Assembly (NCBI GenBank): GCA_964016885.1
Contig: OZ024741.1
Location: forward strand, 40,548,001-40,612,000
Direction: 5' to 3'
Length of the DNA stretch: 64,000 bases
DNA from: Eledone cirrhosa
Taxonomy: Eukaryota
In this document: piece after piece, positions 1-14,149 of the stretch
Layout of the letters: every line of letters begins with the position of its first letter
Position numbering within the stretch: position 1 is the first letter of the stretch
The notes under the pieces: generated by a model
What the model was told of the DNA's origin: nothing
The model's input: only the letters and a program-made list of their open reading frames with translations
Databases searched by the model: none
Position numbers and translations under genes: made by a program

Positions 1-113
1 TACTATATATATATATATATATATAAAATAAGTTATTCCGGGTTGAATTGGAAGTAACCACAGTAAGTAAAGTACTCAATACATTGCAGAGTATAAAAGT
101 TTTAATATAGAAG

Positions 114-164
114 AGCTTCTACAGGAGTAGAACTGTTTCATTCGTGAGAACACATCAGGAAGCT
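114..164 (-). ncRNA. Type I hammerhead ribozyme, family B (A9T in this copy)
   Basis: Minus strand: AGCTTC CTGATGT G-TTC-TCAC-GAA-T GAAA CAG ttctactc CTG TA GAAGCT; stems I, II and III all pair. Confidence 0.7.
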
Positions 165-210
165 CCTGATGATTTCTCACGAATGAAACAGTTCTAGTCC
201 TGTAGAATCT
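161..210 (+). ncRNA. Type I hammerhead ribozyme, family B
   Basis: CTGATGA (166-172), T-TTC-TCAC-GAA-T, GAAA (185-188), stem III CAG/CTG, GUA cleavage triplet; stem I imperfect. Confidence 0.7.
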
Positions 211-225
211 CTTCTATATTAAAAC

Positions 226-803
<578 letters not shown>

Positions 804-1011
804 CTCATTAAAAAGTCATTTGTATCTAATACTTAGACATCTTAATGAATGGATAAGATATACAGATAAAATATCACTCTGAGAAGCAATATTACATATT
901 AAACTTAGGCCAAAAAACTCTATTTAGAGGAGTATAAGTCAGACAGCCAAGAATAAGGAAGTCTCATTCCTATAAATATTCTCCCTATCATGGTTTCAAA
1001 AACGAAAGAAA

Positions 1012-1203
1012 TAATTGTTTCTACTTTAGGCACAAGGCCAGCAATTACCCAGTACATTACTGGTACTTTATTTTATCGACCCCGTAAGGATGAAAGGCAC
1101 AGTCAACCTCGGCGGGATTTGAACTCAGATCGTAAAGGGACGTAACTATGCTGGAAAGCATGGCGTCCGACCCTCTACCGATTCTGTCAATCCACCGCCT
1201 TGG
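1012..1203 (-). mobile_element. tRNA-derived SINE, family S1 (core GCCTTTCATCCTTACGGGGTCGATAAAATAAAGTACCAG)
   Basis: B-box GAGTTCAAATCC; many near-identical copies: 5875-5977, 39898-40080, 43088-43190, 43330-43508, 43718-43865, 48929-49660, 52745-52840. Confidence 0.85.
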
Positions 1204-1235
1204 AATAACTAATACTGGAAGAATTCATTTTTTCT

Positions 1236-1983
1236 TCAAAAGAACGCGATTAACATGAGATTGACTTTGGACTTCGACAGTGTTGCTTTCTTCGACCTCG
1301 GTGACACCGGAATCATATATTGAAGGCTCTGGTGCTGGTTCTCCGGGTCGTATTCGAAGATCCATGACTTATCACCAGTGATGACTCTCCCCAGCAACTT
1401 TGGTTCGGTCTCAAGACACTCGAGGATGTCCCGATATGCCTGCATGCACCGCATCTTCTAGTCATCGTTCAACAACTTCGGCACTATGTTCCACATACCC
1501 AAATCTTCGGTGATAATCTTCCAAACGCTGTGGCAGTTCATACTCAACTTACTTGCGATTAGTTAAACAGTCGGCCGATGATCGTCACGCACCATCTGCC
1601 TCACGGGCTCAACGTTGGCCACAGTCCTACTCGTTGAAGGCCTTTCACCCCTGGAGTTATCTTCCATGTCCTCGTATCCCTCTTTGAACCTTTTGTGCCA
1701 CTCGAAAACACGTGAGCGCGACATCCTCTCATCTCTGTACACTTGCTGCAGTATTCTGGAACAGAAACTTCAGGTTGTTTCGTTGCTCGGTGGCCATCGC
1801 CCCACGACCTAAAATTGAAAAGTTGTTAACAAAAGCACGTAAAAATCATGCAATGCCTAGAGAGAGCTGAGATCGCAGTTATATACTCCTCCAATATTAC
1901 ATCACATGGTGACGCAACTTCCTAATCTCTACCCACTCATAGCTCACACAGTACATTAAGTCCTTATACGCTTCTGACATCTC

Positions 1984-1986
<3 letters not shown>
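1236..1986 (-). mobile_element. Degenerate mariner transposase fragment with one terminal repeat
   Basis: ORF 1236-1454 has LLGRVITGDKSWIFEYDPE (first catalytic Asp region); ends in CTCGTA at a TA tract. Confidence 0.8.
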
Positions 1987-2050
<64 letters not shown>

Positions 2051-2110
2051 ATATTTCTTCAATATACTGTGTCGTTTGCTTTGTTATTTCTGTTTACTTT
2101 TTACACACAC

Positions 2111-2166
<56 letters not shown>

Positions 2167-2213
2167 GGGGGAGTGCGTGAGATGCATAAATATGTATGAG
2201 TACGCTTATGTAC

Positions 2214-2266
<53 letters not shown>

Positions 2267-3054
2267 CGTTTGTGCGTTTGCAAAATATTTGCCTGTGTTC
2301 GGATTGACATACATTCGCTTTCAGGGAACTAAACATGGACACAGTGGTCGATTGATTAAACATTGTTCATTTTTCTATAACTTGAACAAACTGTTGGTTA
2401 TTTCCATGCAACTCAGCCTCTCCACTATTCACTAATGTGAAATTTCTATCATTTGCAAGCACATAATTTAATGCCTGTGAAAGCATCACTTACTGGTTAA
2501 GCCAGGCATTCGATCACTATTTATTTAAATGTTGCCACAATAAGTCCATTAAAAAATATCGTAAAGCTGTTTCTTCACCTTGTGTTTCTTTCTAAATATC
2601 ACAAATATTGCACCTGCTGATTAGAAAAGATAAGAAGAAAACAACTTGTTAACATATAATGTAATATTATAGTTCGAAATTGATTTATCTCCCCTTTTAG
2701 TTTCCGCTTTCCCCGTGAGTCGATCGCATAATAACGATGTGGTTTTAATGTGTTACAATGATATTAGAATGTAAATAGATCGTGTTATTGATATTACCGT
2801 GTCATGCCTTATTCCTTATTGCTGCTAATATTGTTGTTACTGTTGTTGTTGTCCTGGCCACCTAGTCGATACCAATCTCCTAGTAACGCCCTCCTATATG
2901 AGTACAGCGATAACATTTATGTTTTAACGATTTTCCTTCTACAATATCAAGACCTAACTGGATGTCTTATGTTAAGTATAAGCAAATGAAAATATATTTA
3001 TCTACCATTCTTTCTATTTATTCATTTGAATATGTGTGTGCGTGGATATATGTG

Positions 3055-3111
<57 letters not shown>

Positions 3112-3271
3112 AGATTAAAGTTTAAGCAAAGAATCACTGGTCTCATCCTTAACGGGTTCTTAGTCTTCACATTTATTATTATTACTATATATATATATAT
3201 ATATATACGTATATATATTATATCTATCGATCTAACTGGCGATATGTCAGGACATATATGTCTTACCGTAG

Positions 3272-3321
<50 letters not shown>

Positions 3322-3480
3322 GGGGGGGTATACATACACACACATATACTACCACAGCAAAGAAATATGATCACCAACTATTTTGGAGGAATCTAATTGC
3401 GATTCAAAACAGCTCAATTTACAACTTGTTGGCCAGACTTAGAAAAGGGTTCTTAGATTATCTCACTGTGATAACCACAC

Positions 3481-4110
3481 AATCAATGAAGTGAGACGTG
3501 TGTTAGCACTGTTTGGCTGTGTGTCAACATGGGCCAAGATGAAGTTCAAGCCAAAGAAATCCAGGAGTGTTGTGATCAGGAAAGGGAGAATGTTGAATGA
3601 TTTCAGGCTGCTGCAAATGCATGGAGTGTCTTTTCCATCAATACAGAAAAATCCAATAAAATGGCTGGGAAATGCTCTGGCCGCTCACTGAGAGTCACAT
3701 CACCAGTACGAGAAGGCAGAGGAATAACTGAGGAAAATCTAAAAATCAGAGCTTCCAAGAAAATTTAAAGCATGGCTCTAACAACACGGTATGCTGCCGG
3801 ACCTCATCTGGCTGTTAATAGTGTATAAAGTTCCTATGATGAGAGTAGAGGTAGTAGAGAGAAAGATCAACTATCACCAACACCGGTGCTTGGGAATTCC
3901 TCCAAGCTTCACTAAAGTTGACCTCTACATAAGATCGGAACAGCTACAGCTTCTTCTGTCATCCGTAGTCGGGAAATTAAGGGTGAAAAAGTGCAGAGTA
4001 ACAATGATGTTCAATGAATCACAGGATGCAAAATTCAGACATGAAGATATAACCAAAAGATCCGGGTGCAAGTGCACAGCGGACATCTCTATCATACAAA
4101 GTGAAATTAC
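3481..4110 (+). pseudogene. RLE-type non-LTR retrotransposon RT fragment (Hero/NeSL-like)
   Basis: WAKMKFKPKKSRSVVIRKG, PSIQKNPIKWLG, LIWLLIVYKVPM, LGIPPSFT; frameshifted. Confidence 0.75.
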
Positions 4111-4186
4111 ATCTACACGATGTAATTATATTCATAATCCACTGATCTATCACTGTCTCTCTCTCCACACACACACACACACATAC

Positions 4187-4286
<100 letters not shown>

Positions 4287-4430
4287 CAGGATAGAACCAG
4301 TTTAAAACTAGTTAGACCATTACTCAACAGAGTAGTCGATACTTGGAGTAGTAGAGTATGGTTATATTATAAAGATTCGGGTCTCCCGATTCTTTATAAT
4401 ATATATATATATAACCACATAACCACAACA

Positions 4431-4522
4431 GAGCTCCGACAAGCTTTTGGTTCCAGAGTCGGGCTAGATCGATACAGATCGAACGTTGAGCTGATCAATA
4501 GCGAAACGCGCGTCACTACTCA
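4431..4522 (+). ncRNA. Degenerate hammerhead with long stem II insert (family L)
   Basis: Mutated core CCGACAA (4436-4442), stem II GCTTTTGGT/ATCAATAGC, GAAACGCGCGTC with palindromic stem III; homologous to 44868-44960. Confidence 0.5.
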
Positions 4523-4637
4523 AATAATGAAGACATACCAAATCGTCCTTTGTGGCCAGTAAAGAAACCATTATTATTATTAATACACTCTGCTTAGTTC
4601 TACACCTCTGTACTTACTGGAAACTACGCATCGAGTG

Positions 4638-4711
<74 letters not shown>

Positions 4712-4716
<5 letters not shown>

Positions 4717-5338
4717 CCAAAATTACGATAAAATGAATTAAATGAATTTAATCTAAATCGAAATCATGGGTGTCATGTCGTAATGCATGCGCCATAAATC
4801 CTGGGAATTTAAGCTCAAAGATAAATCTGAGCATATTATAATAACTAGAGGTTGATTAACATATAAATATACATGAATAATCACAGGAGATAATTTTTGC
4901 TCGTATGTAACCACGCATAGCTAGTATAGGTAATATTTACCTTTAAGAGTGATTAACCTTTCCTTGTATATATCCCATTAAAGAAATATATTTCACCAAT
5001 TAATCAGATGGTAAGTCACGGATAGTGGATATCATTGGATTGTCAGCAAGGAAAGTATAATTTCCAGCTATTCGTCCTTACAGAGCGAGTTCAAATCTTC
5101 AACTAGCCGTCACCACGTGTTGCGTCCACACAAGATAGCGGTTTCGTTTCAGTGGTGTGAATAGGTATTCGACAACTAGAAATAGCAGTCAAATTCTCTT
5201 CAACAGAAATAGCTCTACAATTAAGGAGCCGTATATATATATCTAAATCCAAAATTACGATAAAATGAATTAAATGAATTTAATCTAAATTGAAATCATG
5301 GGTGTCATGTCGTAATGCATGCGCCATAAATCCTGGGA
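4712..5338 (+). repeat. 95-bp direct repeat (4712-4806 and 5244-5338)
   Basis: TAAATCCAAAATTACGATAAAATG...CCATAAATCCTGGGA occurs twice, each after a TA tract. Confidence 0.9.
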
Positions 5339-5342
5339 TTTA

Positions 5343-5403
5343 TATTTTATCTGACGAAAGCGTACTTAAATATTAGTACCCTTGAAATACGTATAATAAA
5401 ATA
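5343..5403 (+). ncRNA. Type I hammerhead ribozyme, family J
   Basis: TATTTTAT CTGACGA AAGCGTACT-taaatatt-AGTACCCTT GAAATACGTATA ATAAAATA; 8-bp stem I, palindromic stem III, AUA triplet. Confidence 0.85.
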
Positions 5404-5446
5404 AATATGGTTTTATAAAAATATTTTTCATTTATTAATATTGTTA

Positions 5447-5504
<58 letters not shown>

Positions 5505-5718
5505 CTATGTGTGTATGTCTGTGTGGAGTCTGTTTTAATATGATGCTCAATATATCTTTGTGTCATAGAAAGATAGAGCAAACTAACCTCAATGTACTTT
5601 TGCGTAATATTGTGTGCTCTACTGAACATGTAAGAATATGTAAGAACATATAAAAATATGCAGGCAGAGTACGTCTATGTGGAAAATACTGACGACATGA
5701 AAAATTGTATTAATATAT

Positions 5719-5865
5719 ATTTACATTATATACATTGGACGGATAGGTGTCCCCCATCTTGTTTTGTTGTTAACACAACGTTGTGTTAACAAAACAAGAT
5801 GAGGACACCTATCCGTCCAATGTATATAATGTAAATAATTCCTCGTCTCAAAAATATAGAACAGT
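5719..5865. repeat. Near-perfect ~118-bp palindrome (5719-5836) centred on AACGTT; fold-back element
   Basis: ATTTACATTATATACATTGGACGGATAGGTGTCC...GGACACCTATCCGTCCAATGTATATAATGTAAAT. Confidence 0.85.
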
Positions 5866-6429
5866 AATATATATTAATTGTTTATACTTTTGGCACAAAG
5901 CCAGCAATTACCCAGTGCATTACTGGTACTTTATTTTATCAACCCCGTAAGGATGAAAGGCAAAGTTAACCTCGGCGTAATATATATTAATATATTTATT
6001 AATTTTATGCTTCGTACGTCGTGTCATTATCAGACACAGAGGAAGTAAATTATAGAGCGGCTTTATAAAGATGTTTGGTTTTAATCGTCCATATATCCAA
6101 ATAGACAGGTATTACTTGATGAATAGAAAGGTGAATGTTAGTGTTACGTAAGTGTTTCAGCATCTATTACATTTTATATTATATTATACATTGTATTGAG
6201 GACATTTTTCGCCTGTTTCTGTGCAGTAACGTACATTCTCTTATATATTATATATTTATAATATTATTCATCAATCTACATAACTTCCTCTCTCTCTCTC
6301 TCTCTCTCTCTCTACATATATATTTATACGAGAGATGTATGTGTCTGTGTCTGTGATATATGTATGTTTTTATATATATATATATTCATGCATATGCATA
6401 CATGTATATATATATATATATTCATGCAT

Positions 6430-6498
<69 letters not shown>

Positions 6499-6503
6499 TG
6501 TAT

Positions 6504-6580
<77 letters not shown>

Positions 6581-6601
6581 TATATATATGCATATATATA
6601 C

Positions 6602-6681
<80 letters not shown>

Positions 6682-7170
6682 ATACTTGGGGAGGGTCATA
6701 TATATATATATATATGTATATATTAAGCCAAATCTGTCTGGTAAACAGCCTAATTAACAGGCCCGATGATATACAACCGTTTACAATGTCAGTCAAACGA
6801 AATTGTTTTGGCGCCTCTAGGTAGACGACAGCCAACCGTAACGATGGTTTACATCACTCAGGCACCAACCTTCCATTCCTTCCCAATTGCCAACTTGCTC
6901 TTTATAATGATTTGGTGTGCCTCAATTAAATATGTAAAAAAAAAAAATTTATAAAAATGTATAAATAAAATGATAATTAAATAAATAAACAATATACGCA
7001 TATGTGTATATATATAATATATATATTTGTATATATATATGTGTGTGTGTGTTTACACACACATATATATACATTTATGTACAAAGAAATATGAATGTAT
7101 ATAATTATATATGTATATATGCATTTATAAATATATACATATATTATGCGTAAAAAATATTTATTATTTA

Positions 7171-7230
<60 letters not shown>

Positions 7231-7232
<2 letters not shown>

Positions 7233-7470
7233 GTATGTAGCTGACGGGTGAGGGCAAAATGTACTGAATACCGAAGTAGAGTTTAAATTTTAATTTGTTA
7301 TGGGTAAGTAGTGAGTCTTGTTACTCTGGAGTTTCACGTGCTCACTAGCAGCATCTTCAGATACGATAATCCTGTGAGTGAAACTCCAGAGTAAGAGGAC
7401 TCACTATTTAACCATATTCTCCTGCCTTGTAGTTCCCTGGTGTACGACAGTTCACTACAGTCTCCCGCCT
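7231..7470. mobile_element. Fold-back pLTR-like element (family H) with a degenerate minus-strand hammerhead at 7322-7360
   Basis: Arms 7299-7337 and 7378-7416 are inverted; minus strand CTGAAGA...GAAACTCCAGAGTA with stem III ACTC/GAGT; stem I weak. Confidence 0.55.
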
Positions 7471-7544
7471 TGTCATAGAGTACGTAGAAGTAAAGTAAAA
7501 TAATAAAACGTTAAAATCTTTCCAAAGCCAAACGTTTATTCTCA

Positions 7545-8050
7545 ATACATGTTTCACTCACAAAGTTGGCTTGAAAACCATTGATAATTACATAAATATG
7601 AAAAGGAAAGATAAAACAATATTAAGTAATGAGAAAAGGAAGAATTGCAGATCTGGCTGCATGGGAAAGTAGAGGAAATAAGAAGAAAGGAAGGGAAAGG
7701 CAAGGACTTTGGGGCCATAGAAGAAAGGGGGGAATGGGAGAGGGAGATGGGCTCTAGGCCTAGAGTGGGGTGGAGTTGGGGCTGTGCCCCACGGACAAAA
7801 ATGCAAAAGTGTCCAGTGACACCCGCTGCAACAGCCATCCTACCTTGCAGGGCTCCTTCCTCAGACGGGCTGCTGACGTTCCGATTTTGCGGAGGAGTTC
7901 GGCAGTACGGTGTCCAAGGATGCCTGAAGTCTTGATGGTGACAGGTTCAAAGAAGAAGTGACTGGACAAGCTCCGGTATTTGTTTGTCTTCCTGTCCTTT
8001 GCTGGCTGCAGTACCGGGGTTTGTGGCCGAAGTGACTAAGCTGGGGCGGA
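7545..8050 (-). pseudogene. CRE-clade non-LTR retrotransposon 3' fragment (RLE C-terminus and 3' UTR)
   Basis: EPVTIKTSGILG...LLRKIG...WLLQRVSL; homologous to 48560-48850. Confidence 0.7.
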
Positions 8051-8384
8051 GAACGTGTTAGTTGTCTGGCTAAGGCTCAGCTTTGTTTGATTGGTGCATT
8101 GGTGTTAGTAACTAAGTACATGAGGGGACACCAATCCGTCACATGTTTAGCATCCAGCTGCTGTTGGCACTCGCTTTCGGTTGAACGAATTGAAACAACG
8201 TGTAATGAAAAACTTTGCTCAAAAACACAACACATTGCCCAGGTCAGTAATCGATCCGACGATATTACGACCACCGACCAAATGATACCAAGGGGGTAGT
8301 GTTTATTACACGTAGTGGCGCGGGGCAGTCATCGATGCCAGTGTGACTGACTTCGACTCTATGTATGTATATATGGTTTTTTTT

Positions 8385-8700
8385 TCCACCTGGAAGTGAA
8401 AGGCCTCCAGTTGTTGTCACAATACCTTTCTAAGAGAGGGAAACTCTGGAAAAAAACCTGCGGCTTCGGAAGCATCCGATGATGTTGCCCAGTTCTCCTT
8501 TTTGGGTAGTGTTTTCGATGATCAGAGGGTGGGATTGGTCGAGTGCAAAGCCTTTCCCCACTTAAAAAACCTTCAAAGCGCAGGCATTGCTTGTTTAGGG
8601 TCTGTGACAGGTTCGTATGGCTGGTCGTAGCCTAAAAGTGCACCAAACTCTATAATCTGACAAGCGATTGCAATACTCTTAGCAGAGTTTGCAGCCATCA
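8385..8700 (+). mobile_element. Non-autonomous RTE-derived element with (TATG)n tail
   Basis: 3' end GAGTTTGCAGCCATCATGTATG matches the RTE 3' end at about 57450-57482; body matches 18220-18775 and 57800-58090. Confidence 0.7.
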
Positions 8701-8853
8701 TGTATGTATGTACGTATATATGTATGTATGTGTGTATGTATGTATGTATGTATGTGTGTGTATGTATGTATGTGTGTACGTATATATGTATGTATGTACC
8801 TACGTATGTATGTATGTATATGTATGTATGTATCTATGTATGTATCTATGTAT

Positions 8854-9345
8854 GTTCTTCCGGTTTCATTATTTTCTAGATTTTTACCTATAGAGAGTCG
8901 GTTTCTACATAGACACAAAACCCTTTCATTGGAATTTAGACATCAACTAGGTAAATATGTATATGTATGTCTGAATGCGTGCGTGTATTTATGTGTGTGT
9001 GTGTGTGTGTGCATGTGCAGATATGGATGTTATTGTATGTGTGGATGTGGATGTTTTGACTTGTATGTGTGCATGTGTATATGCAGTTATTACATGCAGA
9101 ATGTTTGGAATGTTTTACATATTTTTACTGTTCCATTAATGGATTGTACTTGTAATTTCCTAACCAGTTGTGCTCTCGCTGTTTCTGTGAAGCCAAGCTT
9201 ATCGAGATTTATATTGAGGCAGTTACTAACATGTCCCAGTGCCCAATGATCGCAGGTATAAATCTGAAAGCATAGTCAGGGTGGAGTATCTGCAGATTCT
9301 CATTAGTTCTGCATAGATTTTCTCCTCATTAGTTCTGCATAGATG
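8854..9345 (-). pseudogene. R4/Dong-like RLE retrotransposon 3' fragment in (TATG)n
   Basis: Reverse-complement homologue of 17670-18138 (NIYAELMR...VQSINGTVKICKTF). Confidence 0.75.
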
Positions 9346-9442
9346 TTCTGTATGTATATATGTATATATGTATATATGGATGTATGGATGTATGGATGTA
9401 TGGATGGATGTGTGTTTGTATGTATGAATGAATGTATATATT

Positions 9443-9515
<73 letters not shown>

Positions 9516-9574
9516 GTGGGTGTGAGTGTGTGAATGTGTGTATGTATATGTATGTATGTATCTATGTATGAGTA

Positions 9575-9770
9575 GGTGCATGACTTAGTGGTTAGGATAT
9601 TCAGCTCACAAGCATAAGATCGTTAAGTTCGCTTCCAGGTAACATGATGTGACCCTGAGCGAGACACTTTATTTCACGTTGATCCACTCTACTCAGCTGG
9701 AAAAAAAGAGATATGTCTGTAATTCAATGACGTAGTCTTGGTACACACTGTACCAAATATTATAACAACA
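9575..9770 (+). mobile_element. tRNA-derived SINE, family S2, degenerate
   Basis: TAGTGGTTAG head and CTGAGCGAGACACTTTATTTCACGTTG...ACTCAGCTG core shared with 37584-37742. Confidence 0.65.
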
Positions 9771-9882
9771 TGACCCTCCCCAAATATAACAATATTGGTT
9801 TCAACACACGATTTCATATCAAAACCTTGCAAAGCAAATTCATATTATGTGTGTGTGTGTGTGGTGTGTGTGTGTGTGTGTG

Positions 9883-9981
<99 letters not shown>

Positions 9982-9991
9982 TGTGTGTGTG

Positions 9992-10179
9992 TAACGAAGA
10001 AAGTGTGGTAAGGAACCAGGTTAACCATAACGCACCAGAGTACTCGATACTTAGCGTAGTAGAGTGGGTAATAGGAAAAGAGTCAGAACCCCAGACGGCT
10101 GAGCTCTAACACTACTGGTTTAGTTCGGATCTAGCTGTCGAAACGGCCGGAGCTAAAACGTTGGGGCCCTGACTATTTT

Positions 10180-10185
<6 letters not shown>
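9992..10185. mobile_element. Family A fold-back element including the 3' half of a hammerhead
   Basis: 9992-10106 is a reverse-complement homologue of 608-720; the right arm GAAACGGCCGGAGCTAAAACGTTGGGGCCCTGACTATTTTCCTAT is an inverted diverged copy. Confidence 0.65.
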
Positions 10186-10250
<65 letters not shown>

Positions 10251-10474
10251 AGAAGCAAAAAATTGCTTCTTGTGATCTAGTTCTTGGTTTAAAAAGCCAG
10301 TTTCGTGGATGGTTTCACTCACTATTTTGAAAATTTGGACTGTGAACAACAATTATAATTGAGTGGCTGCTATTTGCAGTATAGCAATATAAGATTGCAC
10401 TTACCAATGAAACGGTCGTAAATACCTGGATAAAATCATTCTCTTAATGCTTACCTGTGTTTTCTCTTTTATAC

Positions 10475-10551
<77 letters not shown>

Positions 10552-10552
10552 A

Positions 10553-10756
10553 TACATCGGTCAGCTGAAATGTTCATGGGATAACAAAGATACTCTCATA
10601 GAATCACCAAATGTTGTTTATTTTCCAACATGGATCCTTGGAGAGAAATAATACAGTTATCAATAAGAAGAGTTGAAATTAATGCATGCGGGATTTCACA
10701 GCTTTAGCATCACACCTTTATAGTCAGTCTATGAACCTTTCATCCGACACTAGTAT
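10553..10756. mobile_element. Mariner-derived MITE, degenerate
   Basis: Imperfect terminal inverted repeats with TA ends; homologous to 45007-45162 and 54038-54310. Confidence 0.55.
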
Positions 10757-10935
10757 GTATGTGTGTGTGTGCGTGCGTGCGTGCGTGTGTGTGTGTGTGT
10801 GTGTGTGTGTCTGGGTGTGTGTTTGTGTGTGTGTGTGTGTGTGTGAAAGTAGACGTATGGTACAGAATTAATTAAATCTAAGTACTTAAATATGTCCGCA
10901 TGTTTCAACGTGTCTTTTATTACATCTTCACTTAT

Positions 10936-10970
<35 letters not shown>

Positions 10971-11020
10971 TACACACACACACACAGATACATATGCATA
11001 TATTTAATAGTGCACACACC

Positions 11021-11057
<37 letters not shown>

Positions 11058-11067
11058 GTGCACACAC

Positions 11068-11121
<54 letters not shown>

Positions 11122-11145
11122 GTGCACACACACACACAAACGCCC

Positions 11146-11178
<33 letters not shown>

Positions 11179-11231
11179 AGTGTGTGTATATATATACATA
11201 CATACATATATATATATACATACATATATAT

Positions 11232-11284
<53 letters not shown>

Positions 11285-11415
11285 CTATACTTTTCATTTA
11301 TAAATATATATATATGTGTATGTGGGTGAGAGAGAATTTATATATATATATATATATATGAATAATTTAACATAGATGTACATAAATATCATGAGTGTAT
11401 TTAAATATCAATGTA

Positions 11416-11462
<47 letters not shown>

Positions 11463-11908
11463 ATGACAATTAAATATGTATGCACGAGTGTCTGCATGTA
11501 TGCATGTGTTTATGTATGTATGCATGTATGTATGCATGTGTACACGTGTGTATGTATGTGTGTATGTATGCATGTATGTATGCATCTATGTATGTATCCA
11601 TGTATGTATTTATGTATATATATATATATGTGTGTGCGTGTGTGTGTGTGTGTGTCTGTGTGTGTGTGTGTGTGTGTGTATGGGTGTGTCTGTATGTGCC
11701 TGTGTGTGTGTGTGTGTGTGTGTGTGAGCCTACCTTATAATCATGTTTGAATGTAATGTAATGCTCTGAGCGAGACGAAGTTCGTCAGATTACAAATTAA
11801 GCAGTGAGAACTACACGGCTTCTTAACGCCCCGCCATTTTCTGATATTTCATTTAGTTCCTCATTTAGTTATTCCCGTGACTGCGTGGGCAGCCGTTATA
11901 CACACACA

Positions 11909-11981
<73 letters not shown>

Positions 11982-12039
11982 ATGTCCATGTATGTATATA
12001 TAAATAAATATATGTATGTATATATGTGTGTGTGTGTAT

Positions 12040-12081
<42 letters not shown>

Positions 12082-12082
12082 A

Positions 12083-12120
<38 letters not shown>

Positions 12121-12127
12121 ATATATA

Positions 12128-12160
<33 letters not shown>

Positions 12161-12169
<9 letters not shown>

Positions 12170-12342
12170 GGTTTCTACAGCACAAATACTGTTTCATTCG
12201 AAGGAAATCATCAGGGTTTTGCTGATGATTTTCTTCGAATGAAACAGTTCTAGTCCTGTAGAAGCCATTTCTATATTGAAAATTTATAATCTGCTACGTA
12301 TTGAGTATCTTACTGTGGTTAGCCTCGATTGAAACCGGGATA
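12161..12342. mobile_element. Family B fold-back element with a plus-strand hammerhead at 12215-12266
   Basis: CTGATGA (12222) TTTTCTTCGAAT GAAACAGTTCTAGTCCTGTA GAAGCC; inverted copy at 12161-12214. Confidence 0.75.
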
Positions 12343-12364
12343 CACACACACATATATATATATG

Positions 12365-12438
<74 letters not shown>

Positions 12439-12648
12439 CGTGTGTGTGTGTATATATATATATACACACACACAGATATGTCCATGTACGTATGTATGTG
12501 TATATATATATATAATTAAAAGTTTAACAAGATTCAATGAATTCATCAATGAATAAAGTTTCACAATAGATGAGAAGCCCTCTCCAGTAGCACTCTGCCA
12601 TGACTAAATTATAACCATCAACATAGTCAAGGTATGTCAGGCATCAAC

Positions 12649-12714
12649 TTATTTGATCTGATGAGGACGTACTGTTTAAATAGCTCAGTACCTCTGAAAT
12701 ATCTATAATAAAAT
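12649..12714 (+). ncRNA. Type I hammerhead ribozyme, family J (diverged)
   Basis: CTGATGA (12658) GGACGTACTG...CAGTACCTCT GAAATATCTATA ATAAAATA; same layout as 5343-5403. Confidence 0.7.
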
Positions 12715-13411
12715 ATATTTGATCACATGGATGTCTATATTTATTAATATTTTGAAGTAATATATAATCTATCTATATGCTACTAAAACTCTGTGCTGTG
12801 TGCTTGTCGGTAATTTAATACAGATAAAACGTCGCATAATGGGATAATACTTTGAAAGGAAGTTGCCTCTGAAATGGGAATACAAGTGGAATAAAATAAA
12901 CTCTCGCGTAAATCGGAGCACGGGTTCCGGATACCTTCATAAATAGAGAGAGAGGATTATAATAAATAAAGAGAGGAAGCCATCTTTCGGAAAAAGCTGG
13001 CTCACTCGGACGCCTCAACCAACAACTCTACTAACGAACGGCAGGACCGGTATTGACCCGTTGAAATCGATCTTTAAGAAAAAGGAGTGGGTGGCAAAGA
13101 GGTTAGCCTCATCTCCAATGCCAGTAACTAACGAATAGAACCCGTAACTAACGAATAGAGCCCGTAAAACAAGACCACGCTGACAGACGGACGTAAATAG
13201 AAAAATATATTTCTGGAAGACGCCTCTCGAAAGAAAATGAAAACCGAACTGAGAGCTCCCACAAAGTTGATACGAGACAAGCAAACCCCTTAAAATAGAC
13301 AGGAACTCCTGGCGGGGTAGAAGGGTAACCATGAACGTCAATATTCCTTGCAAATACCTCGTAAAGAAACGCCTAGAAGCATTCCATGAATGAGGGCCTT
13401 TAAAATATTTG

Positions 13412-13445
<34 letters not shown>

Positions 13446-13611
13446 AAAAACCCCCGTTTAATTACGTTGAAATAATAATGGTTTGTGTCAACCGCATTTA
13501 GCTGTCGTAAAAGAGATTCTTATGGAAAAATACGGATGACTTGGCCGAAATATATATTACTGATAGAGGGGAGAGGTAATAAGTATACTGTTATAACTTC
13601 ATTCTACTAGT

Positions 13612-13642
13612 ACTGCTGCTGCTGCTGCTGCTACTACTACTA

Positions 13643-13678
<36 letters not shown>
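13612..13678. repeat. Compound microsatellite (CTG)n(CTA)n(CTG)n
   Basis: Read directly from the sequence. Confidence 0.9.
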
Positions 13679-14018
13679 TTATTAATAATTCACGTGGTGA
13701 ATTACAGTTGTCTGTGAACGGAATACGGTATCAATGAAAAAAATTTGTTTCGCAGTTGAAAATTGAAAGAAAGTTTATTTTGCCGATTGAAAGTGATTTG
13801 AACCAAAAGACAGCCTTACACTTTGTTGTATTTGGTTATTGGGGTTTATTAGGTTGCTAGCTGCCCCAATTATGGAATAAAAACAGTTTCCATTTTTTGT
13901 CGTCCCTTCATGGGACTTTAAATATAGCTTATATCATCTGTACAGGATGATATCATGACTCAGAAATGTTGAGTTGTGATCCGTGAGAAACATAGGTTTG
14001 ACTTTTATATGAGATCGA

Positions 14019-14145
<127 letters not shown>

Positions 14146-14149
14146 GTCG

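Noticed and set aside
12800-13400. Complex sequence with a 112-aa minus-strand ORF
   Set aside because: No recognisable motif; probably an unclassified repeat fragment.
13413-13443. Poly(C) tract as a G-quadruplex or regulatory element
   Set aside because: Simple homopolymer with no supporting context; its length may be unreliable.
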